The position numbers and the translations under genes are program-made. The notes beneath the pieces were generated by a model, which was not told where the DNA came from, ran no database searches, and worked only from the letters and a program-made list of their open reading frames with translations. From Felis catus (taxonomy: Eukaryota), in contig NC_058368.1 in NCBI RefSeq assembly GCF_018350175.1, positions 200,820,001-200,884,000 on the forward strand: a stretch of 64,000 nucleotides of DNA, given 5' to 3'. Below, one piece after another: positions 1 through 11,875 of the stretch; positions within the stretch are counted from its first letter, which is position 1; every line of letters starts with the position of its first letter.

Positions 1-47
1 ACACACACACGCGCACGCACACACGCACACACACACACACACACACA
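1..47. repeat. (CA)n microsatellite with CG interruptions (runs off window start)
   Basis: acacacacacgcgcacgcacacacgcacacacac... read directly. Confidence 0.95.
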
Positions 48-450
48 ATACACGTGCATATCCTCATGATTTGGAAATTACCAGAATGCAATTAAGGGAC
101 AAACAATTCTGCTTTCTAAATATTAATACAGAAATACTGTTTAATGTACTCTAGACTAAAGCAACAAATATTAAAGGAATTGAGATGTTTTCTGTTAGTC
201 CTGATAAAACAAGGTTATCAAAACATGCTTACCACTTAATTAGGTTTGTAAAACATTATAAAAGGAAGTATGGATTAACATTTCCTCTATTTGACATTAC
301 TACCCAGTTTTCAACATAACAATTCTCAAAATGGCACTTAAGGTTTTGTATACTATTACTCTTTTCAAAAAAATAAAACCTTCTAAAATAAAATTTTAAA
401 CAATGCAGTGCACCTGTGATTATTAGAAATATCTTCATGCATTTGCACAT

Positions 451-570
451 TCATTATTTACTGAATACCTACTAAGTGCCGAGCAGTGGATAAGGTACTG
501 AGAATGCAGCAGCCTACTGACCATATAGTATCAGTTTTCATGGAATTTACATTTAAGGAAAGGGAGAAAA
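451..570 (-). mobile_element. L2 LINE 3'-end fragment
   Basis: tatttactgaatacctactaagtgcc...catggaatttacatttaagg resembles the reverse complement of the L2 3' terminus. Confidence 0.55.
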
Positions 571-771
571 ACATACAACTCTGTGAATAGGCTCTTTGAC
601 AGTTAAGTATAAAAATATTGGTTGGCTATTATAAGAGTGAAATCATTCAACTGAAATTATTAGCAATTTACCCACAAATCCAACAAATGACATTTGCTCA
701 AATTGCCTTAATATTTGCTGTTTCGATCTGTAGGCTGCTAACTTTAAACTCAAATTTTAATCTTATGATAC

Positions 772-801
772 AGATGGACAGATGGATGGATGGATGGATG
801 G
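772..801. repeat. (GGAT)n tetranucleotide microsatellite
   Basis: agatggacagatggatggatggatggatgg. Confidence 0.9.
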
Positions 802-1348
802 GTAGACAATCATGTTTGCTCTGGCTTATCAGTGCTTTTTATACAGATTATTAACCCCTCTGAATCCCATAATTCTTGGGACAACTTTGTTCTAGAAATA
901 ATGAAAAATGTCACTAAGTATTTTTATATAGAAATAAATAAATGTACTGAATTTTGGGAAAATCCTACAGTTAAGTCTGGTTAAGAAATAATTGTATTCT
1001 ATCATCCCCTTTGAAATAAAGATGAGATTTCTATACTTCACAGGACTGATTAGAAATTAATTTGTTCAAGTCCTTAAAGTTTCCTTAAAATTAAAATTAC
1101 TATATTGATCTAGCTACAACATTATTATGAACTTTGCTTAAAACCTGCCTTTTTCATTAGGCTTTGTAAATTTGAAGTGAAACTCCATTTCACTATTGAA
1201 ATAAAGTATTTTCATTTTTTTCTCAATTTGTGCTGTCTGTTATGCCACAACTGTACATTGTTATTCTAGAAATTACAGGAGGCAGACCACTTATAGGGGT
1301 TTAAGATACAGAATATAATATTTGCTTTAAAAAGCATGAAGGCCTGGA

Positions 1349-1386
1349 GCTGTGGTGGCTCAATCAGTTAGCATGCAGTACTTATA
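1349..1386 (+). pseudogene. Tailless retropseudogene of the 5' half of tRNA-Ile(TAT)
   Basis: gctgtggtggctcaatcagttagcatgcagtacttata matches recalled mammalian tRNA-Ile-TAT nt 1-38 (GCTCCAGTGGCGCAATCGGTTAGCGCGCGGTACTTATA) at 30/38, with four mismatches being CpG transitions. Flanking TSD aaaaagcatgaaggc (1329-1343) / aaaacgcatgatggc (1386-1400) follows ttt (L1 endonuclease-type TT/AAAA site). Confidence 0.8.
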
Positions 1387-2595
1387 AAACGCATGATGGC
1401 TAATTAACTTTGTAACTTCTAAGTGCTTTGTCAAGTTTCAGAAGCACTGAAAGTGCTTTATGTTGATTTTTAAAAGTCACTAGACCTAGTGTTGCCATAC
1501 ACTTTTATTGGTGATCCAATACCAGCAGGCAGAAACAAAGAATAATTTGTACGTTCAACAGTTGAGAAGGTTTTCCCTAACACTTTGGATACCCACGCCA
1601 CTTTCAGTAGTCCTGTTCTTGAGAGGCAAAAATCTTTGTTGTTTAAGGTATGCTTTCTATGTGACAATAAATGAGTGTGTAAATGCATAAAATAAATACT
1701 TAATAAATGTATTAATCTATTAATATTTTATCTATCCTTTGATAGCTCCGGACTTCAGTAGAATATTCTGTAGCGGAAAGGTCATTCTCACATCACAACT
1801 CCCTTACAGCATAACCTAATACATATGTTTATTGGCTTGCAAAATACGCAACATTGTAAAGTGAGTGAATTTATTCATTAGTACCCATGTTGTAGTCACA
1901 GATGCCTCTTCCCTCTGTATATTTCATAGACATGTAATGTGTCTAACAAACGTTTCATTTTCCTCATCCTTCCAAAATTTACCTATCTTCTTTCCCATTC
2001 TTTCAAGGTTCTGTTCTCCACCTGATAAGACTGAGGTTATTAAATTACCCGATATAAGCCAAGATGATGGTGTATAAGAGTGTTGCTATTGTTCCCAGTT
2101 CATGTATTTGTATTTTTTTAAACAGGAAACAATGCAGAATGCATCCCAAAATAAAGAAATGACTCAAATACTGTAGTATAAGCAAGTCAGGAAAAGGTTT
2201 TTAGAAGTTTGAAAATCTAAGACAAATACTGCAATTTAAAAATCAGTGCCTAATAATATTTCTGACGAGGCAGGAAACGAGGTAGGCACAGCAGATGGGT
2301 TGATTCTTTCTAGTGTGCTGTCCTGTACAGAAGTGGTAAAGTCAGGCAACAATGTTTTGGGAAAAAATAGAAAATAATTAACTGGAATTTTGAACTTAAG
2401 CTGTTAGAAAAAGAACAAGAGAATTCTAAAGAAAAAGGACAGATCTACAAAAAAAAAAAAAAAATAAGTGAAGTGGGAAGGAGAGGAGTGGGAACCTAGT
2501 GGAATAAATGAATATCAACCTAAACTAGTAAATATGTAGACTGATAGGCAGGAAACAGATAAAAAGACCAATAGATACAAATTTATTCACAGTTA

Positions 2596-2812
2596 GGGGC
2601 GCCTGGGTGGCTCGGTTAAGCCTCTGACTTCTCAGGTCATGATTTCACGTCTCCTGGGTTCAAGGCCCGCATCAGGCTCTGCGCTGACAGCTTAGAGCCT
2701 GGAGCCTGCTTGAGATCCTGTGTCTCCCTGTCTCTCAGCCCCTCCCCTTCTCACACTCTGTCTCTCTCTCTCTCTCACAAATAAATAAACATTAAAAAAA
2801 AGTTTAAAAAAA
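2596..2812 (+). mobile_element. Can-SINE (SINEC_Fc type), first of tandem pair
   Basis: ggggcgcctgggtggctcggttaag head (4-nt deletion), CT tract, aataaataaac A-rich tail; no downstream TSD found. Confidence 0.95.
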
Positions 2813-3036
2813 GGGACGCCTGGGTGGCTCAGTCGGTTAAGCGTCCAACTTCGGCTGGCTCGGGTCATGATCGCACAGTTCGTGGGTTAGAGCCCCGCAT
2901 CGGGCTCTGTGCTGACAGTTCAGAGCCTGGAGCCTGCTTCACATGCTGTGTCCCCCTCTCTCTCCCCCTCCCCCGCTCACACTCTGTCTCCCTCTGTCTC
3001 AAAAATAAATAAACATTAAAAAAATTAATTAAAAAA
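2813..3036 (+). mobile_element. Can-SINE directly following the A-tail of the previous copy
   Basis: gggacgcctgggtggctcagtcggttaagcg...aaaaataaataaacattaaaaaaa. Confidence 0.95.
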
Positions 3037-3180
3037 CTGAGGTAGTGATACCTGTAACTAACATAAAATTTAAAATAAGTTAGATATGAGAGAAAATGTA
3101 ATATTTATAATGCAGTGATAAATATTAGAAAATTCCCTACAATTTGGAAAATTATATGCTGATAAATTTAAAAACTTCAA

Positions 3181-3394
3181 AATTTTAAATAATTTTTAGA
3201 TATGTTTATTTATTTTGAGAGAGACAGTAAGCGGAGTAGGGGCAGAGAAAGAGAGAGGAGAGAGAGAATCCCAAGCAGGCTCTGCACTGTCAGCACAGAG
3301 CCCGATGTGGGGCTCAAACCCGCTAACTGCAAGATTATGACCCAAGCCAAAATCAGGAGTCTGACATTTAACCAACTGAACCACACAGGCACCC
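3181..3394 (-). mobile_element. Can-SINE, older diverged copy
   Basis: Reverse-strand head ends ...caggcaccc; TSD taaaaacttcaa at 3169-3180 and 3395-3406. Confidence 0.93.
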
Positions 3395-3429
3395 TAAAAA
3401 CTTCAATAACTTTCTAAAAATAAATGCAT

Positions 3430-4010
3430 TCCATTGTTGCTTTAGATGTAGAAAATTGCAAAAATGCATCTGCAGTTATTTCTAAATGAGGCCACTTGTG
3501 AAGTCAAGAAAACAGATGATTATAATGCTTAAAAATTTTTTCCAGCCAGTAGGAAATGAAGGAAAACTACTCTGATTCATTTCACTGAGCAAATTTTACC
3601 TTTTATTATATATTATATAAGATATAATGTATATATTATCTATCTAGCTAATATAGATAGCTATATACATATCTAGCATATATCTATTTGTATATGTACA
3701 TATACATATGGATACATGTGTATCCATATGTATATATACGTATCCATACGTACATATACATATATGTGTGTCTCTATTTTAAAATTATAATATAGGAAAA
3801 TAATAATTAAAACTCTAAAAATGGTATATGAAATATTTTATAAAATAATTTGCCACAAGTCAGGAAACTCAATTCTAGATTTTTAAGGATGGGTTGCTAC
3901 TTGTAACATAGTAATTAAAAAAAAATAATGTGTGAGATACAATGTTATCATCATATAAGTTTTAAAGGACAATTGATGCTAAATTCAATTATTCCTATTT
4001 TTTTTGTGAT
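3430..4010 (+). mobile_element. Degenerate ancient L1M ORF2 fragments, interrupted by an AT-rich tract
   Basis: ttccagccagtaggaaatgaaggaaaactactctgattcatttcactgagc and ttctagatttttaaggatggg resemble the L1 ORF2 RT-region nucleotide consensus. Confidence 0.45.
3605..3770. repeat. (TA)/(TATC)-rich low-complexity tract with internal inverted repeat
   Basis: 17-bp arms atatacatatggataca (3700-3716) / tgtatccatatgtatat (3719-3735). Confidence 0.9.
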
Positions 4011-4406
4011 GGCAAGTATTTCAAATTTGTTTTCAACATTTTATTTTATAGTAAGTTTTGTGTACAGGTTCATTACCTGTGACCCATGGTTGAATGTCAT
4101 GTTATCTGTGAACTGGCTGTTAAAAATAAAAGCAGAAGAGAGAATTCTTTTTTTCTTAAATACACCTCTTGTTATTTAGAAAATTGTCTTTCAAAAACAG
4201 TTCATGTCGTGTTATACAAATAAGGTTTTGCTGTTTCCTTTCAAAGAAATGTAAGGTAGCATGAGACCCATTGTATATAGCCAGGTAACACACAATCACT
4301 GTCTCTGTTTTGATATTGAGAATATTTTCCTATAATAGAAATGAAACACGTATTACCAATAATCATCAACCTCTAGTATTTGTTTAAAGTTACCTAACTT
4401 AAGTTG

Positions 4407-4627
4407 GGGGCGCCTGGGTGGCTCAGTCGGTTAAGCGTCCGACTTCAGCTCAGGTCATGATCTCACACTCTTGTGAGTTCGAGCCCCACCTTGGGCTCTG
4501 TGCAGACAGCTCAGAGCCTGGAACCTGCTTCCAATTCTGTGTCTCCCTCTCTCTCTTCCCCTCCCCTGCTCATGCTCTGTCTCTCTCTGTCTCAAAAATA
4601 AAAACATTGAAAAAATTTTAAAAAAAT
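4407..4627 (+). mobile_element. Can-SINE
   Basis: Full head, body and tail; TSD aaagttacctaacttaagttg upstream vs aaagttacctaac--aagttg downstream. Confidence 0.95.
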
Positions 4628-4999
4628 AAAGTTACCTAACAAGTTGGAAAATGTCAAAAAAAAGATAATACTAAATTCTTATGTCCTTAGCTTGCATTAC
4701 TAAACACAAAGGAACCAAAATTGCCAATGCTACTGGTAAGACAAATAACGTTTGGGAATTCAAAAAGAGTAATTTAACTCTGTCCATGAGAAGCTGTGGA
4801 TTTTTTAGGTGGAAGAGAAGACTTTACTAATAGAGGCTGAAATGGGATTTATTCCATTAAAGGGCTCCTGTCCTGGAGTTTTGTTGCAAGGTTGTTTATT
4901 TACTAGTTGAGCAAAAAAGTACTTCACGACTAAAAAGTCATTCCAGGTCCCCTCGAAACAATCTCTCTGGTCTGCTGCTTAAAACAAGGTGACTTCTAT

Positions 5000-5497
5000 G
5001 AGTTATCTAGTAGTGTATTTAAAAAAAAAATCATCCATATTTTAGTGACTTAAAACTTCTAACGTGTGTCGCCTGTGGATCTACAGGATGACTGGTTGGG
5101 TGATGGTGCTGATGTGGGCTGAACTAAGCTCGTCTCAGCTGGGCTTTGCCACATGTCTCCCGTCTGCTGGCGGCTCAGCTAGTACTCGGATAGACTAAGA
5201 TGGGTTTGCTGACACATGTCTGGAAGCAGTCCAGCTGTTGGCTGGGGCGACGGGGGTAAATGGGCCACGTATCTCTCATGACCCAGCAGGCTAGCCAGAA
5301 CTCGTGCAGCAGCAGGGTTTGAAGAGCAAAAGCAAAGGTCCCAAGGGACAAGTGCTTTTCAAACCTTTGTTTGCTTAGCTAATCCTTTTGGCCAGAACAA
5401 GTCTCACAGCTAATCCAGATTCAGGGAATAGGAGATAGATTTTGTTTCCTTATGGAAGTGGGGAGAATTATGGATATTTTCATAATCGACAATAACA
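5000..5497 (-). mobile_element. MaLR solo LTR (MLT1G/H-like)
   Basis: ctcagctgggct...tgggccacgtatctctcatgacccagcaggctagcc...ggccagaacaagtctcacagctaatccagattcaggg typical of MLT1G/H; locally GC-richer. Confidence 0.65.
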
Positions 5498-6559
5498 CCA
5501 AAGCGACACCTCTGTCAAATGGCTCCATCTACCTGCAGCTGCCTTTTATATTTTGAAGCAGGAAGGTTATGGAGTAATTGATTGCAATTCCATTTCTCAT
5601 CAGCAGCTGCAATGCCTCTGTTTGGCCAGGACCCCGTTTTCATAGGCTGTGTAGATGCAAGGTTAACCAAATAAGAATTTCAATTTTTATAATTATTTTA
5701 TGTTAACAGCAGATTATTTGCTTCACAAATATAAGTCTAAAATTACTTTGATTAAATGTTAAGCTCCTTTTTTTTTTCCAGAACAAAGAAGTCATTCTTC
5801 AATAGGGAGAAATTATTTAGGTTCACTTACTTGCCTATATGGGAGAGACCCGTTTTAAGACCTTACGACCCTATCATTAACATCATCGACATGACTGATG
5901 AGCTACAAGCTATTTTGGAAAAGCTTCTTCGCTTGGCCTTTTTTATGTAGAATAAGGTATTTCTGATATAAGTAAAGCATTATCCATTTATTGGCAAGCA
6001 GAAATGTCATATAAGTAGAAACACCACAAAATTTTGAAATTTACTTCTGCTCAAACAACCTTAACGTTGAATCTTGAATTCGAATTCTGTGTCCTATGGT
6101 GTGTCAGTGTAGTAGAATGTATCCGTGATTTTTGTCACTAACCTGAGGCAAAGGAAGTATTTAATTCAGAGTTTTGAAGAAATACGATACTTGACGTGTG
6201 GTGTTGGATGGAAGCAGACATTCTTCATTTTGTAGATTCTATATCCCTTCCTTATTGGAACTGCCCCAACCCTAGGAGGCTAAGATTAGATGATTTGCCT
6301 TTAGTAGCACAGAGGTAGGGACTTCTCGCACTTCCTAGTAAGGGTACTACTTCCTCTTGGAGATACTCATCATCATATAATTCAAGGGGGGGAGGAAGGG
6401 AATAAAGCATAAAAGCTAAAAAAATATAGCATAACATCCATTGCTTATAGGATGCAAAAATATTTGTTGAGCTTGAACGTTAAAACAAAAGAAAATATCA
6501 TATTGGTCATTACCAATGTAGGTACTTAAACTTCCGGTCATCAAATAGAAGCATGACTA

Positions 6560-7130
6560 AAATTAATGGCGAACATAAAAATATAAAACATTCTTGAAAC
6601 AAATTAGAGAATACCATAACAAGTCTTAAAATAAAAGTAACTACAAAAAATGCTAAGAAGTTACTGAAATTCCAGTAAATGCCAAAAAATTCACACACAC
6701 AAAAGTAGCTAACGAACATATGAAAAATGTTCAGCTTGATATTAATGAACAAATGTTACTTGAAAATGAAATTCTTCCCTCTGTTTATCAAGCCAGAAAA
6801 AGCCAAATCAATTCTGTACAATATAAAGAAGATAGAATCAGATGGGCAAAAGATTGAAGGTATTAACATCACTTTTCTGTAAAGCAGAGAAGTGTCTGTA
6901 CTGTTTGTACTCTTCAGTAATTTTATTTCAAAAATATAAGCTAAGGTAAAAAAAAAACTTAGGGGAAAGTTAGAGTTGGCATAATGATGTTTCTTATAGC
7001 AATACTTCTCTTGAAAAAAACATAATGGCCAACATTAGGTGACTGATGAGGTAAATTATAGTGTCTGTATGATAGGATATTATAAGCCTTAAATGTACAT
7101 TTAAAGAAGTAAATATTGAACTGAAAAATT
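6560..7130 (+). mobile_element. Ancient L1ME-like fragments (ORF2 3' part)
   Basis: aacatatgaaaaatgttcagc and aatggccaacattaggtgactgatgaggtaaattatagtgtctgtatgataggatattat resemble L1 ORF2 3' consensus blocks. Confidence 0.5.
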
Positions 7131-10100
7131 AATAAATATTTAATGTTTTCTGAGTCCTTAGTTCCAGCTCTAACAAAGTGTCATTCAGGGTGTGATAATC
7201 TGTCGATGTTAGTTGGTTGAGCTTCGACCATTGCCTCACCTTCTTCCATTTCTTGATAAGCTATCACTTGGAATAGCATCCAATTGGCTTTTGTTCCCTT
7301 GATCATGTTCTTAAAAACCAAACATTACAAAAGCACCCAACAGAAACCCTGTTTCTGTTCTCTGTTGCTCTTGATACTACCTTGAAAGGAAAGAAAAACC
7401 AGGAGTTGCAGACAGAGCTCAATCAGAATAAATAATTCACTCAAAAAGGATACTATGTTATGCACCGAATGTCACTCTAAATGTAGGTAACTGGGCAAGC
7501 AGTATAGTCTATGACAGTAGAAAATATACTACATTGCTTCCAAATGGGTGGTAACCATGCTCTCTAGTAAAATAAATATCTGTGGCAAATGACACATACC
7601 TATTTAATGACACTTTGAGTTCACGTGAAGTTTGGCAGTGTAATAAAAGTCTTATCTCTTGCTTTCACTGTTATTGCACAGATTTAAACTGCTGTCTCAG
7701 AGGCAGTTTTACTATCTTTTTCAATCTACCCCATAAAAGTGAGACTTGATTTGCTTAGCATGAGAACAGATCAATAAAAGCTAAGTTATACAGCGGATTA
7801 GATCACTAACTTGGAGATCAAAGATGTTAAATACAACTTGTATAGAAAAAGTAGATCAAAAGTTGAGCTCAGACACACGGTACATATTTGTGGAACTCAA
7901 AATAGCCTTTATACCAACAATTTCCCTCAAGTTTTGTCATGGTCATTTCATGTTGCAGTAGTTTGCACACAGCTGACATTTTAAATATACATAATATACA
8001 CGTGTTTGAAAGTACTATTTTGCACTACATTTCTGAATTATTCCTCTAAAACAAAAGGTGGAAGAAAATGGTGTTCATCAAAAGCTCATTTTATAAATAA
8101 CTTACTAATGCTATTAACTTTTTAAGTTAGATTTTATTATGGAAAACAGCATGTTATAGAAATGTAAGTCATGACTATTATTCTTATCTTCTAATTTTTA
8201 TTTTTTAGTAAGTCTATACCAAATTTTTTTTCTGAAAATTAAGAAGCGTGGCCTGTAGTTTGTAGTTGTGATTTTGTCGAATTGCTCTATCAAATACGTA
8301 TTTAAATAATTTAAGAAATTAAAAATTGTATTTCACCTTGCCATTCGTTCCCCATCACATTTGACCCCATTAAGAATATGTATAAATTCACGTGTGATAC
8401 ATTCCTGTACAGGCCTTTTACCACATGGGGGGAAACAGGTAAATAATATCAATAAAACAGGACAAAAGAATCATATGACCACCACAACAAAATCCTCAAG
8501 TGATAGCCTTCCAATGTGAAAGTATAATGTTATTAAAAATTTCCACCATGACATATTATTCGTAGTCCTTTAGACCAAGCCTGTTTCATAATGTCATTTG
8601 CATAAAACCTCATAGTTTATCTCAAGGGAACCTGTTCACGACTGCTGCTTTTGTACTAAATATGTTGCCCAGGTCTTTCTTCTCTTCAGCATCATCTGCA
8701 ACTTACATCCTGCAGTTCATGGGCAAAAGAGGCCCGATTGCCCCAGAAAGTTCACTTCTCATCCACATGTTCTCAAATTCCCCACTGCCTTTGAGACACT
8801 CATTCAGCATTCTGATGTGCTGTGTTCAGTGTTCCTCCAAGATCTGTTCTCGAAATGCAAGAAACATTTTATAAAAAAAGGAAAGAAGAAAATAAGTATT
8901 TTCCATAATCACATGGCCCCCAAATAATGATTTTTAACATATTAGTAAATACCTATTTGTACTTTGTTTTCGTGCATATTTTATTTTCAAAATAACAGTG
9001 CAGCTTTTTTTTTCACATTTAACTGAAATGACAAGATATTTAACATGGATCGTATATATTACATACATCTATAAAAAGTTGTTTACACATGTTAAACATA
9101 TGGGTATTTTAGCACTGCCAAATGTATACTGTTCTTTTAAAAAAAATAATTATAAAGAAAAATAGCTGGTAAATCACCACAAATATTCATTACTCACCCA
9201 AACGCCTTTTTGTTTGCAAAAATTGCCAAATTATGTGCAAGAATATTTAGGACCATGATAATTTTTACCTAAATGATGATTAATAAAGAAAATTATTCTC
9301 CTTTTGAAATGTGCAAACTTTAATTATACAGTGGTTTCAGGAAAAATGTGGGAATGACAATATTTTAAAAATAAATTAAAAGTGAAACTTTTAATTGCAA
9401 TGAGTCAATTGAGTTGTAACCCTTTAATCCTATGTGGCCTTTGTAGGTTGGAAATCTGATAGGGTTGATCATATTCATCTAGGAGACAATATAATAAAAA
9501 AAAAATCTGATACCAGTAGATTAGGATTTGATTATTTTCACTTCATGTATTAAGCCAACTATCAGTTGTTTGCACTAGCATTAACTTTTTAAAAAGTACT
9601 TTAGGTATTTTTATATATATTGTGTAGGTGTTTTTATGTAAATCATAATCTAACTTGTGTTGTTGACTTTTGCACATAGATATCATAAAGTTCTTAGAAA
9701 AGGTCATCCAGAAATGTGAGGAAATTATTATTGTGATGATTATTAAAAATAAAAGAACTCTATATTTTTGTTTAGTTCTCTCTTGAAGAAATTTGATCTT
9801 AAAATTATCATCAGATGGTTTTAGTTGTTTGGAGTATATACATTTAGACTTTTAATGCTTGCATTAAAATCTGAGGTGCACCAAATACTCATTGTTTCAG
9901 TAAAGTCAATCTACTTTACTGAGGAGGAGATCCATCTTTAAGAAAAGGAAACACAACACCAGGAGGAAGAAACACCCAAGATTAATCTTTTTTTCCCTTA
10001 TGTGAACCAGGTGTAAGTGGCTGCTCTTGGAATAGACTCTGACAAGCGGTGGTCATGATGCCAAGTTGTGGTTGTTTCACACAAAATTTTATAGTAAATG

Positions 10101-11148
10101 TTACTGTAGAGATGGTGTGTGAAATTCTAAGAATTGTTAGTTATTTTTACATTAAAAAAATCACAAACCACCTTCGCATGGAGCAAACACTGTTAACTTA
10201 TGAGATCAAAATCCCTTTCCATCCTCAATTTCTTTTGTATTTTTTCTTCTTTATTACAATGTAATTTGGTTTGTTATTGTCCATAAAAGAGTCAATTTGA
10301 TAATATAACTCATTTCCCTCCTTGTATGCTTATTAATAATCCCTGACTTTATTTATTTAGTATTTTGGGAGGAAAATCCCTATAACCAAATACATACATA
10401 GATGTATTACGTTATGAAAAAAAGCTTTATTTGTATGAGTCAGAGATGTTAGCCCTTTCTTTGTACTAATGATTGGCATGGACGTGACGAATATATTTCC
10501 TGGGCACAATCTATCATTCTGAATCTAAAGATGTTTCAGAGTGGTATAGAGGGTGGTCATCCTGATGTGATTGCAGAAGGGAGCCAGTTTGACAAAAGGA
10601 CTGATTGTTAAGAATGAAGACCTCAGGAACAAAGGCAATATGCAGAGGTTGCCGAAGACATTGCATTATCAGAAAAATCAGAGTTAAATTCTGGTTTTGA
10701 CTCTGCGAACTATGCATGCCAAGTAATTTTGAAAATTCCTTTCAGTTTGGAATTGGAGTAAGACAAATGACATAAATTTCCATTATATTAGGAATATTTT
10801 AATATTTACTTTAAGGACAAGTGAAAGATGGGAGTTAAACAGCTAAAGCTGTTCAGGAGGAAGAACATCTTTGCTTTAATTATCTGAGTGTTTCATTACA
10901 TCATCTGGATTTTTATTGTATTTTCTTTGTCTTTTGTCATATTTTGATCTAATTTTAGTTACATATTAATTTTAGTTATTATGGTGTTGTAGAGTGAGGA
11001 ATGCAAGAGTGTATACGATTTCTTCCTCTGGACACTTCCATTCTTAGCCCTGAAAGAAAACTTTCCTATGTTCTTTACACTTAAACAGATTAGATAAGGA
11101 TACTATGCAATTTGAAGTTGAAGGACTCATATTTAAAATCCTTTCATA

Positions 11149-11294
11149 GGGGTGCCTGGGGGGCTCAGTCGATTAAGTGCCAGACTCTTGATTTCAGCTC
11201 AGGTCATGATCTCACAGTGTGTGGGTTTGAGCCTCGCGTCTGGCTCTGCACTGACAGTGTGGAGCCTGCTGGAGATTCACACGCTCTCTCTTTC
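11149..11294 (+). mobile_element. Can-SINE lacking its 3' end
   Basis: Head ggggtgcctggggggctcagtcgattaag and body present; stops in the CT tract with no A tail and no TSD. Confidence 0.9.
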
Positions 11295-11875
11295 TTACAA
11301 TGCATGTTGCAGATCTTATCCATTCTTAATTGTATCTCTACACGGAATGTAGGATAAGCCTACCTTTGCTGTTATAGATAGATAAATGACAGAGAATCAG
11401 AGATGGAAAACTTAATTACATTTTTAATTTTTTAAAGTTCAGGATAAGTAGAAATAGTGTTCCCAGGTCACAAAGCAAGATCATGGCCACAAAGATTAAT
11501 CTGGCTTTGCTTTGTTTTGTTTTTTGACACAGCTTGCTATTTCATACTTAGGATAAAGTCAGTTATTTCTATGTTATCTTTGTTCACAATTGGCCAATAG
11601 AACATTCTACCATATTTTATTCTGATAGCTTTGACTTCTGGATACAAACATAATGTTAGGTAAAAATTTCCTGCTCTGATTTTAAAGGTATAGCCACATT
11701 TGGTGGGTGATTCCTAACATGAAAGACATAAAGAAAATGTCAAATGAATACTCATTAACATTTTATTAATTGTTCATAATTTTATAAGAAAAATCCTTAA
11801 TGAGCATGTAATCTATCTTAAAATATGGCAATTATTTTTTGACAAATAATTTTTGTAATAAAAAAACACCCATGA

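Noticed and set aside
1349..1386. Functional tRNA gene
   Set aside because: No 3' half, B-box or T-arm, and the CpGs have decayed; kept only as a retropseudogene.
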